Shown: positions 1 through 8,997, counted from the first letter of the stretch. The stretch: DNA of 31,098 nucleotides from Candidatus Nomurabacteria bacterium (GCA_043723545.1 JAYSNU010000072.1:1-31098), one strand, 5' to 3'. The notes: generated from the sequence alone by a model not told the origin. Numbers and translations: made by a program.

Positions 1-450
1 GATTCTTTTATTATAGATGATACTTACAATTCTTCGCCTTTTGCATGTGAGGCTGCCTTAAAAACCTTGAATGATGTTAAGTTGCCTGGTAGAAAAATAG
101 CAATTCTAGGGGACATGTTAGAACTAGGTCGTCATACAAAAGAAGCTCATGAAAATATTGGTAAAATTGCAAAAAATTATGCGGAGATTTTAGTTGTTGT
201 GGGTCCTCGTGCAAAAGATATTAAACAAGGAGCACTTGATGCTGGAATGAATAAAAAAAATGTTTTGGAATTTCTCGATTCTAAAGAAGCGGGGGAATAT
301 ATGAAAAATTATACACAAAATGGTGATTTGATACTTATAAAGGGTTCTCAAGGTATGCGCATGGAGCGCACTGTAGGATTTTTGATGGCAAATCCCGAGA
401 AAAAAAATGAACTTCTGGTCAGACAAGATGAAGAATGGAAAAAGAGATAA
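1..450 (+). CDS. murF: UDP-N-acetylmuramoyl-tripeptide--D-Ala-D-Ala ligase, C-terminal part (5' truncated by window)
   Basis: Frame open from base 1: IIDDTYNSSP...RKIAILGDMLELG...ILIKGSQGMRME, the MurF C-terminal motifs. Confidence 0.92.
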   Translation, partial: DSFIIDDTYNSSPFACEAALKTLNDVKLPGRKIAILGDMLELGRHTKEAHENIGKIAKNYAEILVVVGPRAKDIKQGALDAGMNKKNVLEFLDSKEAGEYMKNYTQNGDLILIKGSQGMRMERTVGFLMANPEKKNELLVRQDEEWKKR

Positions 451-498
451 AATATGATATAATTATTAGTGAGTATTATTAATATAAATTTAGAAATA

Positions 499-3159
499 AT
501 GAAAAAATATATAGCTTACATTTTAATATTGCTTAGTACATTAATACCTTCTTTTATATTTGCTCAATCTGCAGTACCAATAATTTCGACCATTTCTTCA
601 GCGATGACGTTAACCTGTGATACAGTAACAATAAATGGAACTAATTTTTCACAAAACTCCTCTATAATTTTGAATGGTAATATAATTATAAATCCTACTT
701 CATGGACTTCCACGTCTTTAGTGTTTAAGGTTCCTGGAACATTGGCTGGTGGTGCATATGGAGTCCATGACTTGTTTGTTCGAAACTCTAGCAGTGTTGA
801 AAGTAATCATACATCTATAACTACTTATCCAGAACCACAATCTGGTGTGGGTGGTTTTGGTGGATATAATACGGCAATTCTTAGAGATGTATGCGTAACA
901 TTTCAAGAATTTGATAATGTAGTTGCTAGTAAAATGAAAGAGATAAAAGTTAATTGGAACACTGTCAGTCCAACAGCTTTAACGAATTTTTCTAAATTAA
1001 CAAGAAATGTAAATGGGGCGATGACTGACCAAGTTGATGCTTTGAAGCAAAAATTATTTTTTGGAACAAGCCCTTTGTCAAATGATGAAAAAGCATATTT
1101 AAGATTAACTGTTGGTGGCGGCGGTCAATATGCTGGAGTTTATAATACTTCTGATAGTTCTTATGCTTATTCTTGGAGAGCGAATGGTTATCCTCCTCTT
1201 GGTGATCCATCTAATGATGAAACTACATGGAATGTAAATATAATCACTGCCCCTTCGGCGCCGACTCTTTCTGTGGCTGTAGTTAACTGTGGTTCTGGAT
1301 TGTTTAATGTGACTTGGACCAGACAAAATGGAGCAACCAAATATAATCTTTGGCGTACCGTTGGGGCGGAAGCATCAAAATTTTATAGTGATTTATATAC
1401 TGGAATGACAACAGAAAATAATATGACTGGGGGAGAAACTTATAAGTATAAAGTTCAAGCAGAAAATAGTTTTGGCAAATCTCCTTTTTCTAAAGAAGTA
1501 ACTTATGTTTTTCCAGTTGAATGCGCCAAAGCAGAAACACCAGCGATTTCAGCAAAATTTAAAATAGGAGATACTTTAAAAACAACATCAAATATAAATG
1601 TTCGCGCAACTGCTAATGGAAATATTCTTGGTCAAAAGGTAGTAAATTCTTATGGAACGATCGTAGAAGGATCAGTTGCAAGTAGTGGATATACTTGGTG
1701 GAAAGTTGATTTCCAAAATGGTGTAGATGGTTGGGCTGTAGAGGATTATTTGATTAAAGCAACCTTGCCTGATATTACAGTTCCAGAATCTTCAACGGTT
1801 CCAGTTAATGATCAAATTGTTTCAGGTCTTGGTTTTAACATTGGAGATACTATTGTAGTTAAAGATGGTGTATCTTTGAATGTTCGAGCATCAGCTTCTA
1901 CTGCCAGTACATCACTAGGTAAACAGAATGGTGGTTCGATTGGAGAACTTGTTGAAGGACCTAAAAAAGTAAATGGTTATATTTGGTGGAAGATTAATTA
2001 TCATACAGGAGCAGATGGTTGGAGTGTGGAAAATTATTTTACAAAAGCTTCTTCTGACACAGTGGCATCTACCGCAACTACTAATTCCTCTGCAATTGTC
2101 TCTAATTCATCTCTTTCACAAATGTCTGCATCTTCTGTTGTTGGAGTTCTGAAAACTGTAGATCAATCTAGTGCTCGTAGTAAGGGTTGTTATAAATATC
2201 CAGATGGTTCAGTTATTGCTCAAAATATGACTGATGGTGAAAGTAATTATTGTGTTTATCTTGCGAAAACTACAACAGATCAACAAGCTGCGAATTTTAC
2301 TCGTATGAGTGGAATTCTTGCTCAGTATCCTAAATGGAATGAATGTGCTGCGAATACTGCTGAACTAAAAGTTGTGAATAGTAAATTAGGATATTTTGGT
2401 GATTTAACATGGCAGGCACCAACAGAAGGAGAAGCAAGTTATGATTTATATTTAAAGTGTAAAGATGCAATTAGTGTTTTGCAATATATAAATCAAAATC
2501 GTTTTGAAATTCATCCCGCGGTTTGGCTTTATGAGAAAGGTTTTTGGATTGGAAGAAGTACGAATGGAGTCCCAGCTTGGCCGCCCGTGAAATGTGATTC
2601 ATGTTTATCTACGTCAAGAGCATTTAGTGCGTCAGCTGTCATTAGTGCTCCAGTTGCCACATCGAATTCATCAACACCTTCATCATTTATTTCCGCCCCA
2701 CTCGCTCGCTCTGCTAATACATCCGGAACATACATAGGGGCTACTCCTGTTGAAGCACATCCAGCATTAGATGCAGCAGCGATAGCCAGAGCCCAAAATT
2801 CTACTGATCCATACGATGGTTTGAAGTATAAAGAAACTTCTTCTCAAGCTCTTTCTTCAAATGAAAAAACTGCCACTTATGCATATATCGATGATTCAAG
2901 TGACTTTAGTACAAATCCTCTACAATATTTTTCTCCATGTGGATCGCTTTTGACTCAATATGCCAGAACAGGAAGTGTCACTCTTGGTAGGGGCCCTGTT
3001 TATCGGTCAGCTCTTGCTACATGTAGTGCAATTAATAGTACATATGTTCCAGAAGATTCTTCTGTAAGAACTTATGCTTGTGAGAATTTCTTGTACAAAT
3101 CAAGAGTGGTTGGACGCGCGACCTTTGCATTTACTTGTAAAGCGGCAGGTACACCCTAA
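499..3159 (+). CDS. Large secreted multidomain protein (signal peptide, IPT/TIG-like, FN3-like, two SH3b-like repeats, Ser/Thr linker, Cys-rich C-terminus)
   Basis: Signal peptide MKKYIAYILILLSTLIPSFIFA from ATG 499; TVTINGTNF (TIG-like); YKYKVQAENSFGKSPFS (FN3-like); two copies of NVR...G(Y)xWWK(V/I)xxxxGxDGWxVExY. Confidence 0.8.
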   Translation: MKKYIAYILILLSTLIPSFIFAQSAVPIISTISSAMTLTCDTVTINGTNFSQNSSIILNGNIIINPTSWTSTSLVFKVPGTLAGGAYGVHDLFVRNSSSVESNHTSITTYPEPQSGVGGFGGYNTAILRDVCVTFQEFDNVVASKMKEIKVNWNTVSPTALTNFSKLTRNVNGAMTDQVDALKQKLFFGTSPLSNDEKAYLRLTVGGGGQYAGVYNTSDSSYAYSWRANGYPPLGDPSNDETTWNVNIITAPSAPTLSVAVVNCGSGLFNVTWTRQNGATKYNLWRTVGAEASKFYSDLYTGMTTENNMTGGETYKYKVQAENSFGKSPFSKEVTYVFPVECAKAETPAISAKFKIGDTLKTTSNINVRATANGNILGQKVVNSYGTIVEGSVASSGYTWWKVDFQNGVDGWAVEDYLIKATLPDITVPESSTVPVNDQIVSGLGFNIGDTIVVKDGVSLNVRASASTASTSLGKQNGGSIGELVEGPKKVNGYIWWKINYHTGADGWSVENYFTKASSDTVASTATTNSSAIVSNSSLSQMSASSVVGVLKTVDQSSARSKGCYKYPDGSVIAQNMTDGESNYCVYLAKTTTDQQAANFTRMSGILAQYPKWNECAANTAELKVVNSKLGYFGDLTWQAPTEGEASYDLYLKCKDAISVLQYINQNRFEIHPAVWLYEKGFWIGRSTNGVPAWPPVKCDSCLSTSRAFSASAVISAPVATSNSSTPSSFISAPLARSANTSGTYIGATPVEAHPALDAAAIARAQNSTDPYDGLKYKETSSQALSSNEKTATYAYIDDSSDFSTNPLQYFSPCGSLLTQYARTGSVTLGRGPVYRSALATCSAINSTYVPEDSSVRTYACENFLYKSRVVGRATFAFTCKAAGTP

Positions 3160-3163
3160 CTCA

Positions 3164-4057
3164 ATGAATTCTATTGCATCAACAACAATATCAACAATAA
3201 CTCCAAATGAAAAGTTTATTCAGGATTGCAGAGACCTTGTCCAGTACTCCGACCATAATATGTCTTTTAGTCTTCTTCATTTGAATGTAGAAAGAAGTAA
3301 GCATATAGATGCTGTAAAGAAATTACTGGAAAATAGAAATCCAGATGTTGTTTGTTTTGAAGAAGCTATGTTTAAAGATGTAGAAATGTTTGCATCTCTA
3401 TTTGGTTATGAATTTGCTTTTGCACCCCTGTTTTCTTTAAAAGATGATGATGGTAGTGTAGATGATGAAGGTCCAGCGATTTTATCGAAATTTCCCATTA
3501 CGAAAATAAAAAAATCTTCATATCATGATGGACTTTTAAAAAATCCACCAGTTCTTACATTGGACGACTTTAAACCTATTGATAATCAAAGACCTAAAAA
3601 TAGATATTCTTATCATTATACTTTGCTTTCTGTATTATTAAAATTAGAAAATGATAAAAATATTACAATTAGTACTACACACTTTCCAGTCACTGATCAT
3701 ACGACACCAATGCATAAAGACCACGATTTACAAATTATTGAAAATATAGATGATATTGAACATGAAAAAATATTGTTAAATAAGTTGGTAGACATTATTC
3801 GTTTGATACCTGCCCCACTTGTATTTACGGCTGATTTAAATAATCCACGTGGCGAATATGTTTATGACACATTAGCTCATGAGTTGGTAGATAGAGTACC
3901 AATTCTAGAATCTAGTTTAGATTCTGAACTTCATCGTATGAAAGGTTTGAAACTTATGGTAGATACAATAATGACAACACCTGATGTTTTAGTTGATAGC
4001 TTTGAAGTTATAGAGGGTGTGAGTGATCATAAAGCATTTTTGGTAACTTTTGAATAA
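3164..4057 (+). CDS. Endonuclease/exonuclease/phosphatase (EEP) family protein; start may be 3260
   Basis: Motifs HLNVE, VCFEEA, TTHF, TADLN, VDTI and SDH in EEP order. Confidence 0.85.
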   Translation: MNSIASTTISTITPNEKFIQDCRDLVQYSDHNMSFSLLHLNVERSKHIDAVKKLLENRNPDVVCFEEAMFKDVEMFASLFGYEFAFAPLFSLKDDDGSVDDEGPAILSKFPITKIKKSSYHDGLLKNPPVLTLDDFKPIDNQRPKNRYSYHYTLLSVLLKLENDKNITISTTHFPVTDHTTPMHKDHDLQIIENIDDIEHEKILLNKLVDIIRLIPAPLVFTADLNNPRGEYVYDTLAHELVDRVPILESSLDSELHRMKGLKLMVDTIMTTPDVLVDSFEVIEGVSDHKAFLVTFE

Positions 4058-4111
4058 AATTTTTTGTGTGAGCCACAATAATTTTCTCTCTCTGACCACG
4101 AAGTTTCTTTA

Positions 4112-4121
4112 TGTGACCCTA
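4112..4121 (+). repeat. 10-bp direct repeat of the tRNA-Glu 3' end (possible att half-site)
   Basis: TGTGACCCTA at 4112-4121 is identical to 8189-8198, which overlaps the tRNA 3' end. Confidence 0.4.
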
Positions 4122-4352
4122 ATTATACGAGATTGGAACCTGATTCTTAATCAAATAAAGGGAATTTATCAATTTAGTGGTGAAATTTACATTCTTTAAA
4201 TAATTCTTTGAGATAAAGCTCCATAAGCTTATGTCTTTTAGTTACAAGTTGTTTAGCACTTTTTATATGCATTCTGTCTTTCAATAACAAAAACTTCTTA
4301 TAAAAGTGATTTATAGTGCTTTCGCTATTTTTTTATACTTCTTGAGTTATAT

Positions 4353-5507
4353 TTACTTCCCCATAAACCAATTAAATATCCTTTGATACCATTTAATTTT
4401 GATTGGTTTATCAGTTATAGAAACTTGACTATCTGTTGTAGATTTTTTTTCATTTAATACTTGTTCCTTTTGTTTATTAGAAGAATCAGAAGTGGTAGTA
4501 ATAGATTGTTTTGTTGAGACAGATGTCGCATCCATTATTATCCTATCTTTAAAAATAGGGTATTTTACAATAAATTTCTTAACTAGTGTAATATCATCTT
4601 CATTTTTATATTGCGGATAATTAGCTTTTATTGTTTTTGCGAGATCAAAAATCGGATAAGCGGGGTGTTCTTTGGTGGCAAGTTTTGGAATGGATTGATA
4701 ACCACTTAAAAAATCTACATAGTGTTGCATATCTTGTGGGGAACCACTATATTTATTAGCAATTAAATTAATATTCTCTATAATTTGATTAGCGGTCAAT
4801 GGTTTTATTTTTTTATATGCCAAAGAAGATGCTGAACTGAATATTTTATTATGAGTTTCTTCTAAAGTTTTTTCTAAACCAGTTAAATCAGCATCTGGAT
4901 ATAATTTTTGTAATTCTATATTAGATTTTTTCATTATAAAATCTAAAGAATCTTGTCGAGCCTTAATAGTTACACAAGCCAACTGTATATTATCTGGAGA
5001 AGTAAATCCTATTGAATCATAAAAATTAGGAGAAGCGTAATTGGCGTCATAAGTAACATACCCGGTTTTACATGCACATTCGTGAGTGTTTTGATCATAA
5101 ATACTATTTAAAGCAAAATTATCATTGCATGATTTATTTTGCTCTTGTATCGTGTTGGAATAATCGGAATTTTGTTGTAAAAGAGTCTTATTACTAGTAT
5201 TCAATCCTTCTCTAGAAGCCTGTAATTGCAAACAAGCATTATAAGAAAGTTGGTTTGCTTCATACATTATTTGTTCACTGCTTTCTCCAGAACATGGCAT
5301 CCCAACTTGTTTTTTAGTAGTTTGAAAATAATTATACTGACTATCTTCTCCTACTTGTTCAGTTGATTCTATATAGTAAAAACATTTATGTGGTGGTGGT
5401 GGAGTAGGAGCTACGCATTGTTCAGCAAATACATAGCGAGTGGAAAGAAAAACAGATAATAAAATTATGTTAAGAAATAATACTTTTTTTATAATTAATT
5501 TATTCAT
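4353..5507 (-). CDS. Secreted Cys-containing hypothetical protein with aromatic amphipathic C-terminus
   Basis: 384-aa ORF; N-terminal signal peptide, several Cys (CACKTGY), Ser/Thr-rich linker, ends KWYQRIFNWFMGK. Confidence 0.75.
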   Translation of the reverse strand: MNKLIIKKVLFLNIILLSVFLSTRYVFAEQCVAPTPPPPHKCFYYIESTEQVGEDSQYNYFQTTKKQVGMPCSGESSEQIMYEANQLSYNACLQLQASREGLNTSNKTLLQQNSDYSNTIQEQNKSCNDNFALNSIYDQNTHECACKTGYVTYDANYASPNFYDSIGFTSPDNIQLACVTIKARQDSLDFIMKKSNIELQKLYPDADLTGLEKTLEETHNKIFSSASSLAYKKIKPLTANQIIENINLIANKYSGSPQDMQHYVDFLSGYQSIPKLATKEHPAYPIFDLAKTIKANYPQYKNEDDITLVKKFIVKYPIFKDRIIMDATSVSTKQSITTTSDSSNKQKEQVLNEKKSTTDSQVSITDKPIKIKWYQRIFNWFMGK

Positions 5508-5735
5508 TTAATAAAGTAGTTAATATCCTTATTATAAATCTTCACAAAGACTTGAAGTTCGACAACGTTAACTATTTATTGTTTATTGATATTAATTATA
5601 CAATACTTTTTAATAAAACATGAATAAATAAAAATAACTAGAATAAGTCTATGCAGATTGAGTTTTTTTCTTGCTGTGAGCTAATTATATCATTTGCGCG
5701 AACTTTTTTCGAAGGGAAATCATAGCGTACCTCGC

Positions 5736-5893
5736 GCGTGCTACGCACGCCTGTGTGATACACAGTTTCTCCAAAGGAGAAAGCCCCGGCACGCAATGCA
5801 AACGCACTCCGGCACAATGAATCTGGGGCTAATGAGGCTGAGTGAAGGGCTCGCCCGCGCGGAGGAGGGGTCTGGGGAGGAATCCGCGAGGGC
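5736..5893. other. GC-rich cluster of abutting hairpins (structured DNA/RNA, unknown function)
   Basis: GCGTG/CACGC 5736-5750; CTGTGT/ACACAG 5751-5765; TTTCTCC/GGAGAAA 5766-5782; AGCCCC/GGGGCT 5782-5830; GCCC..CGCGGA/TCCGCG..GGGC 5853-5893. Confidence 0.6.
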
Positions 5894-5969
5894 TTCGGCT
5901 TTTTGTTTTGGCAAAATTCGGGCGGACTAAAATATGGTTTTAATAAATTTAGCGTATAATATTAAGTAT

Positions 5970-6659
5970 ATGAGTATTGAAGAACCACAATTTTTGGCTT
6001 TTATGAGAACAATGTTTTCTAAATATGGCTCTGATTTTGATTTAATTAAAGAAAAATTTTATACAATTTATAATTCTTCACCAGTAGAAAGAGATAAACT
6101 TGCTGTTTACGGACATTTTTATTATTTTATTTGTACTCCAAATGAAAAAGGGGCAAGAGAAGAATTACAAATTGTTGGAATAACATCACTGATTGAAGCG
6201 ATGATGGGAGATGTAACATACAAAGATCCTTTTGTTTATTTTGAATCAGAGTATAAAGGAAAAAATTCTATTGAGGATTTTGCCAAATTTAAAAATGAAT
6301 ATTTTGAAAAATATAGTATAAATAAAAAAATTGTAAAATATTTTCAAGAATATATGCCTCAAAATGATACAAACGATATTCTTAAAAACATAAAGATAAT
6401 AAGGAAAAACGGGGAACAAATGGAACCATTAAAAAACTTAGAAGAGCTTGCTAAATTTCTATACCAAATGAGATCAGATTTTGTTCATAGAGCAGAAATG
6501 CGATTTTTATGCCCAGAGCATTGTTTTGCTTCTATGCTTGAGATTGGGGATAAAATTTATGATGTCAGGGTTAGTATTTCAACCATGTTAGAACTTTTTG
6601 AGAAGAGTTTCGTTTCTTTTTGGAAAAATAAGTATGAATTACTTATAGCCAAAGAATAA
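5970..6659 (+). CDS. HEPN-domain protein (ApeA-like), putative RNase/defence effector
   Basis: IVGITSLIEAM segment and C-terminal LYQMRSDFVH (RxxxxH) motif; TATAAT 5955-5960 favours ATG 5970. Confidence 0.65.
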   Translation: MSIEEPQFLAFMRTMFSKYGSDFDLIKEKFYTIYNSSPVERDKLAVYGHFYYFICTPNEKGAREELQIVGITSLIEAMMGDVTYKDPFVYFESEYKGKNSIEDFAKFKNEYFEKYSINKKIVKYFQEYMPQNDTNDILKNIKIIRKNGEQMEPLKNLEELAKFLYQMRSDFVHRAEMRFLCPEHCFASMLEIGDKIYDVRVSISTMLELFEKSFVSFWKNKYELLIAKE

Positions 6660-6661
6660 AA

Positions 6662-7159
6662 ATGTTTAATGAATATTTCAAGATATTAGATATTAAGCCA
6701 ACCAGTTCCATTAATGAAATTAGAATGGCTTTTAAAAAGCAATTATTTCTATGGCACCCAGATCGAGCCAAAGTAAATAACAGAAAAAACGAGGAATTAA
6801 ATAATAAAACACGAAAGATAATTGAAGCTTATAATTTTCTTAAAGATAATATTAAATATGAAACAGATTTTGAAGAAGTTATAGCCAATGTAGAAATTAA
6901 TTGGGATATTAGACAAAATATAACTTCATCTAATTTAGAATGGATTGAGTACTACCCAAATTTAGAAATTTTAATTGTTGGTTTTAAGAATAGTGGAATA
7001 TACTTATATGAAAATGTTCCGAAAATTATTCATTATGAATTAATTTCAGCTCCTTCAAAAGGAAAATATTTAAATAAAAACATAGCACATTCCTTAAATT
7101 ACCATAAATTGGAAAATTATGCTGAATGGTATAAATTTGCTAAAAGAATTTATGGATAA
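6662..7159 (+). CDS. J-domain (DnaJ-like) - KTSC domain fusion protein
   Basis: N-terminal YFKILDI...FKKQLFLWHPDR (HPD motif); C-terminal SSNLEWIEY...LIVGFKNSGIYLYENVP...APSKGKYLNKNI (KTSC pattern). Confidence 0.8.
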   Translation: MFNEYFKILDIKPTSSINEIRMAFKKQLFLWHPDRAKVNNRKNEELNNKTRKIIEAYNFLKDNIKYETDFEEVIANVEINWDIRQNITSSNLEWIEYYPNLEILIVGFKNSGIYLYENVPKIIHYELISAPSKGKYLNKNIAHSLNYHKLENYAEWYKFAKRIYG

Positions 7160-7820
7160 CATATTTAAAAAAATTTTAAATATATTTCAGGAAAATACTA
7201 CTCCTACGATATCAAAAGAAGCTGAAAATCAGGAAATTATATCTATTTATCATAAAATAAAAAGAGCCGTTCCAGACTATAACGAACCAAATTATGCATT
7301 GGCGGAAAGAGTTTTTCGTGAATTCAATGATTTTAATTTAAAGAATATAAATGAAATAAAATGTAATCTTATTCCTATTCCAAAATCTTTACTTCCATAT
7401 CCTAAAAACTATATTAAGTGTGCATACTACCTTTTTTTAGAAAATGCAAAAAAGCACAAAGATTTAGAAATGTTTAATCTTATTAAAGAAGTGGCTTGTT
7501 CGTTGTTTTATAAGTATCCTAATTATGATAATTATAAGAAAGATATATTGCAAAATAAAAAATGGGAACACATGCTTTCTGATAAGACAAAAAATGAAGA
7601 AGAGATAGAATCCCTTAAGGAATTAATAGCTATGATAAATGTTGGGCGAGAAAATTTTAAAAGACTATTTGGAGCATATGAAATATCAGAATCAGACTAC
7701 TACGCTTCTCCCAACTCGACAGATTGTACAAATAAAAAATTAATTTATGATTTTGGAGTTCTGCCAGATATTGAAGAAGATAATGATATGGAAAAAGTAA
7801 TAGTAGATATAAAAAAATAA
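7152..7820 (+). CDS. Hypothetical protein, translationally coupled to upstream ORF
   Basis: ATG 7152 overlaps the upstream stop (7157-7159); contains IPKSLLPYPKNYIK; no family recognised. Confidence 0.7.
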   Translation: MDNIFKKILNIFQENTTPTISKEAENQEIISIYHKIKRAVPDYNEPNYALAERVFREFNDFNLKNINEIKCNLIPIPKSLLPYPKNYIKCAYYLFLENAKKHKDLEMFNLIKEVACSLFYKYPNYDNYKKDILQNKKWEHMLSDKTKNEEEIESLKELIAMINVGRENFKRLFGAYEISESDYYASPNSTDCTNKKLIYDFGVLPDIEEDNDMEKVIVDIKK

Positions 7821-7827
7821 TTTATGA

Positions 7828-8013
7828 AAATTAGCAATAAAAAAATTGGGATATGTTAAAAATTTAAGAAAGGGACCAACTGGAATTGGATATACCCTAG
7901 AAACCTTGCTTAAAATTAAAGAGAATAATATTAGTTCTCCTGATTTTGGGGAAATTGAATTAAAAGCACAAAGGGAAAATCATACTGAAAATCGGGGTCA
8001 GCCACCATTTTGA
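7828..8013 (+). pseudogene. Fragment of MvaI/BcnI-family type II restriction endonuclease
   Basis: Frame not in ORF track: KLAIKKLGYVKNLRKGPTGIGYTLETLLKIKENNISSPDFGEIELKAQREN, with PD...ELK motif. Upstream ATG 7824 is out of frame; stop TGA 8011-8013. Confidence 0.75.
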
Positions 8014-8091
8014 ATGCTTCGCATACTAAATTTATGTGGTCACAAATCACTAAGCATAATTTTTCGCTTTACTCAAATTCTGCGTAAGTGT

Positions 8092-8193
8092 TTGCCGACC
8101 CCGGCTCGGCAATTTTTGTACTCAAAAATTATGCCTGTGCCTTCACAAAACGCTCACAAAAGAAGCAGTTCTTTTGCTTTGCGCGTTTTGTGA
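8092..8193. other. Hairpin cluster abutting tRNA-Glu 3' end (terminator and/or element end)
   Basis: TTGCCGA/TCGGCAA 8092-8112; AATTTTTG/CAAAAATT 8111-8130; 11-bp stem 8143-8153/8183-8193 enclosing CAAAAGAA/TTCTTTTG. Confidence 0.55.
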
Positions 8194-8262
8194 CCCTACG
8201 CGGAATCGAACCGCGATTCTATCCTTGAGAAGGATATGTCCTAACCGTTAGACGATAGGGCC
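8191..8262 (-). tRNA. tRNA-Glu (anticodon CTC), CCA not encoded
   Basis: Minus strand GGCCCTA...TATCC-TTCTCAA-GGATA...GCGG-TTCGATT-CCGC...TAGGGTCA folds as a full cloverleaf. Confidence 0.97.
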
Positions 8263-8300
8263 GATGTGCTGTGTGGAAAATATAACATTTTTTCATTAAA

Positions 8301-8340
8301 AAACAAAAAACCCGAGCTGCACGATGGTGTGCTGCTCGGG
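8301..8340 (-). terminator. Intrinsic terminator for the 81-aa ORF
   Basis: CCCGAGC/GCTCGGG stem 8311-8340 preceded on + by an A-tract (U-tract on minus). Confidence 0.7.
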
Positions 8341-8380
8341 GAGGACAAGATATTTCCTCATTGCGATGGGGGGGCTAGCG

Positions 8381-8626
8381 TCAGCGACGTGATGGAATCA
8401 TCATGAGGTAGTGTGGCTCACCGCCACACCACTTATACTGCGCACCCAGGGCTATTTCAGGTATGGGTGTGTTTCTGTGCCTACCCTTGGCACACACACG
8501 AACTCCATCTGAAAAATTGAAGTCCAAGCGAGCGCATGTTTTCTCTCCACAGCCGGGGAGACATGCAACTTCTTGATGCTCTGTCGGGATGCCGACAGTC
8601 GGTGTTTCATGTACGTGGTGTTTCAT
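8381..8626 (-). CDS. Small Cys/His-rich hypothetical protein
   Basis: 81-aa ORF with 5 Cys, flanked by its own sigma70-like promoter and terminator. Confidence 0.5.
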   Translation of the reverse strand: MKHHVHETPTVGIPTEHQEVACLPGCGEKTCARLDFNFSDGVRVCAKGRHRNTPIPEIALGAQYKWCGGEPHYLMMIPSRR

Positions 8627-8710
8627 GGCCGTCCAGTGTGGATGTGTGTCTTTGGTTGTTTTTTCAACCGAGAACTATTAATTCAATTCCAAACAACTGT
8701 GTTCAATAAA

Positions 8711-8739
8711 TTTATATACCTAAAATAGTTTTATATCAA
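8711..8739 (-). promoter_or_regulatory. sigma70-like promoter
   Basis: Minus strand TTGATA-17 bp-TATAAA. Confidence 0.5.
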
Positions 8740-8793
8740 GTTAATTTTTTTCCACTAGACAAAATTCTATTATTTATGATATAAGTATGGCTG

Positions 8794-8997
8794 ATGTTCT
8801 CGTTTATCAAGGACTACAATATGTCGAACAAGATGAAAGTTGTTTGTGCTTGGTGTAAGAAGGTTATTAAACAAGGAGATGCTTATCCTGTTTCACATGG
8901 GATATGCGAGGACTGCATCAGGGTTCTTTTGAGAAAGACTTTGTGTGATCCTGATGATCTTTCCTTGATTGATGATGAATTTAGGAAAGATAAATAA
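8794..8997 (+). CDS. Small putative zinc-ribbon protein
   Basis: VVCAWCKKV...SHGICEDC (CxxC...HxxCxxC); start may be an internal ATG. Confidence 0.75.
   Translation: MFSFIKDYNMSNKMKVVCAWCKKVIKQGDAYPVSHGICEDCIRVLLRKTLCDPDDLSLIDDEFRKDK

Noticed and set aside
5694-5930. 78-aa ORF over the GC-rich hairpins
   Set aside because: TTG start, no motifs; stop-free frame explained by high GC.
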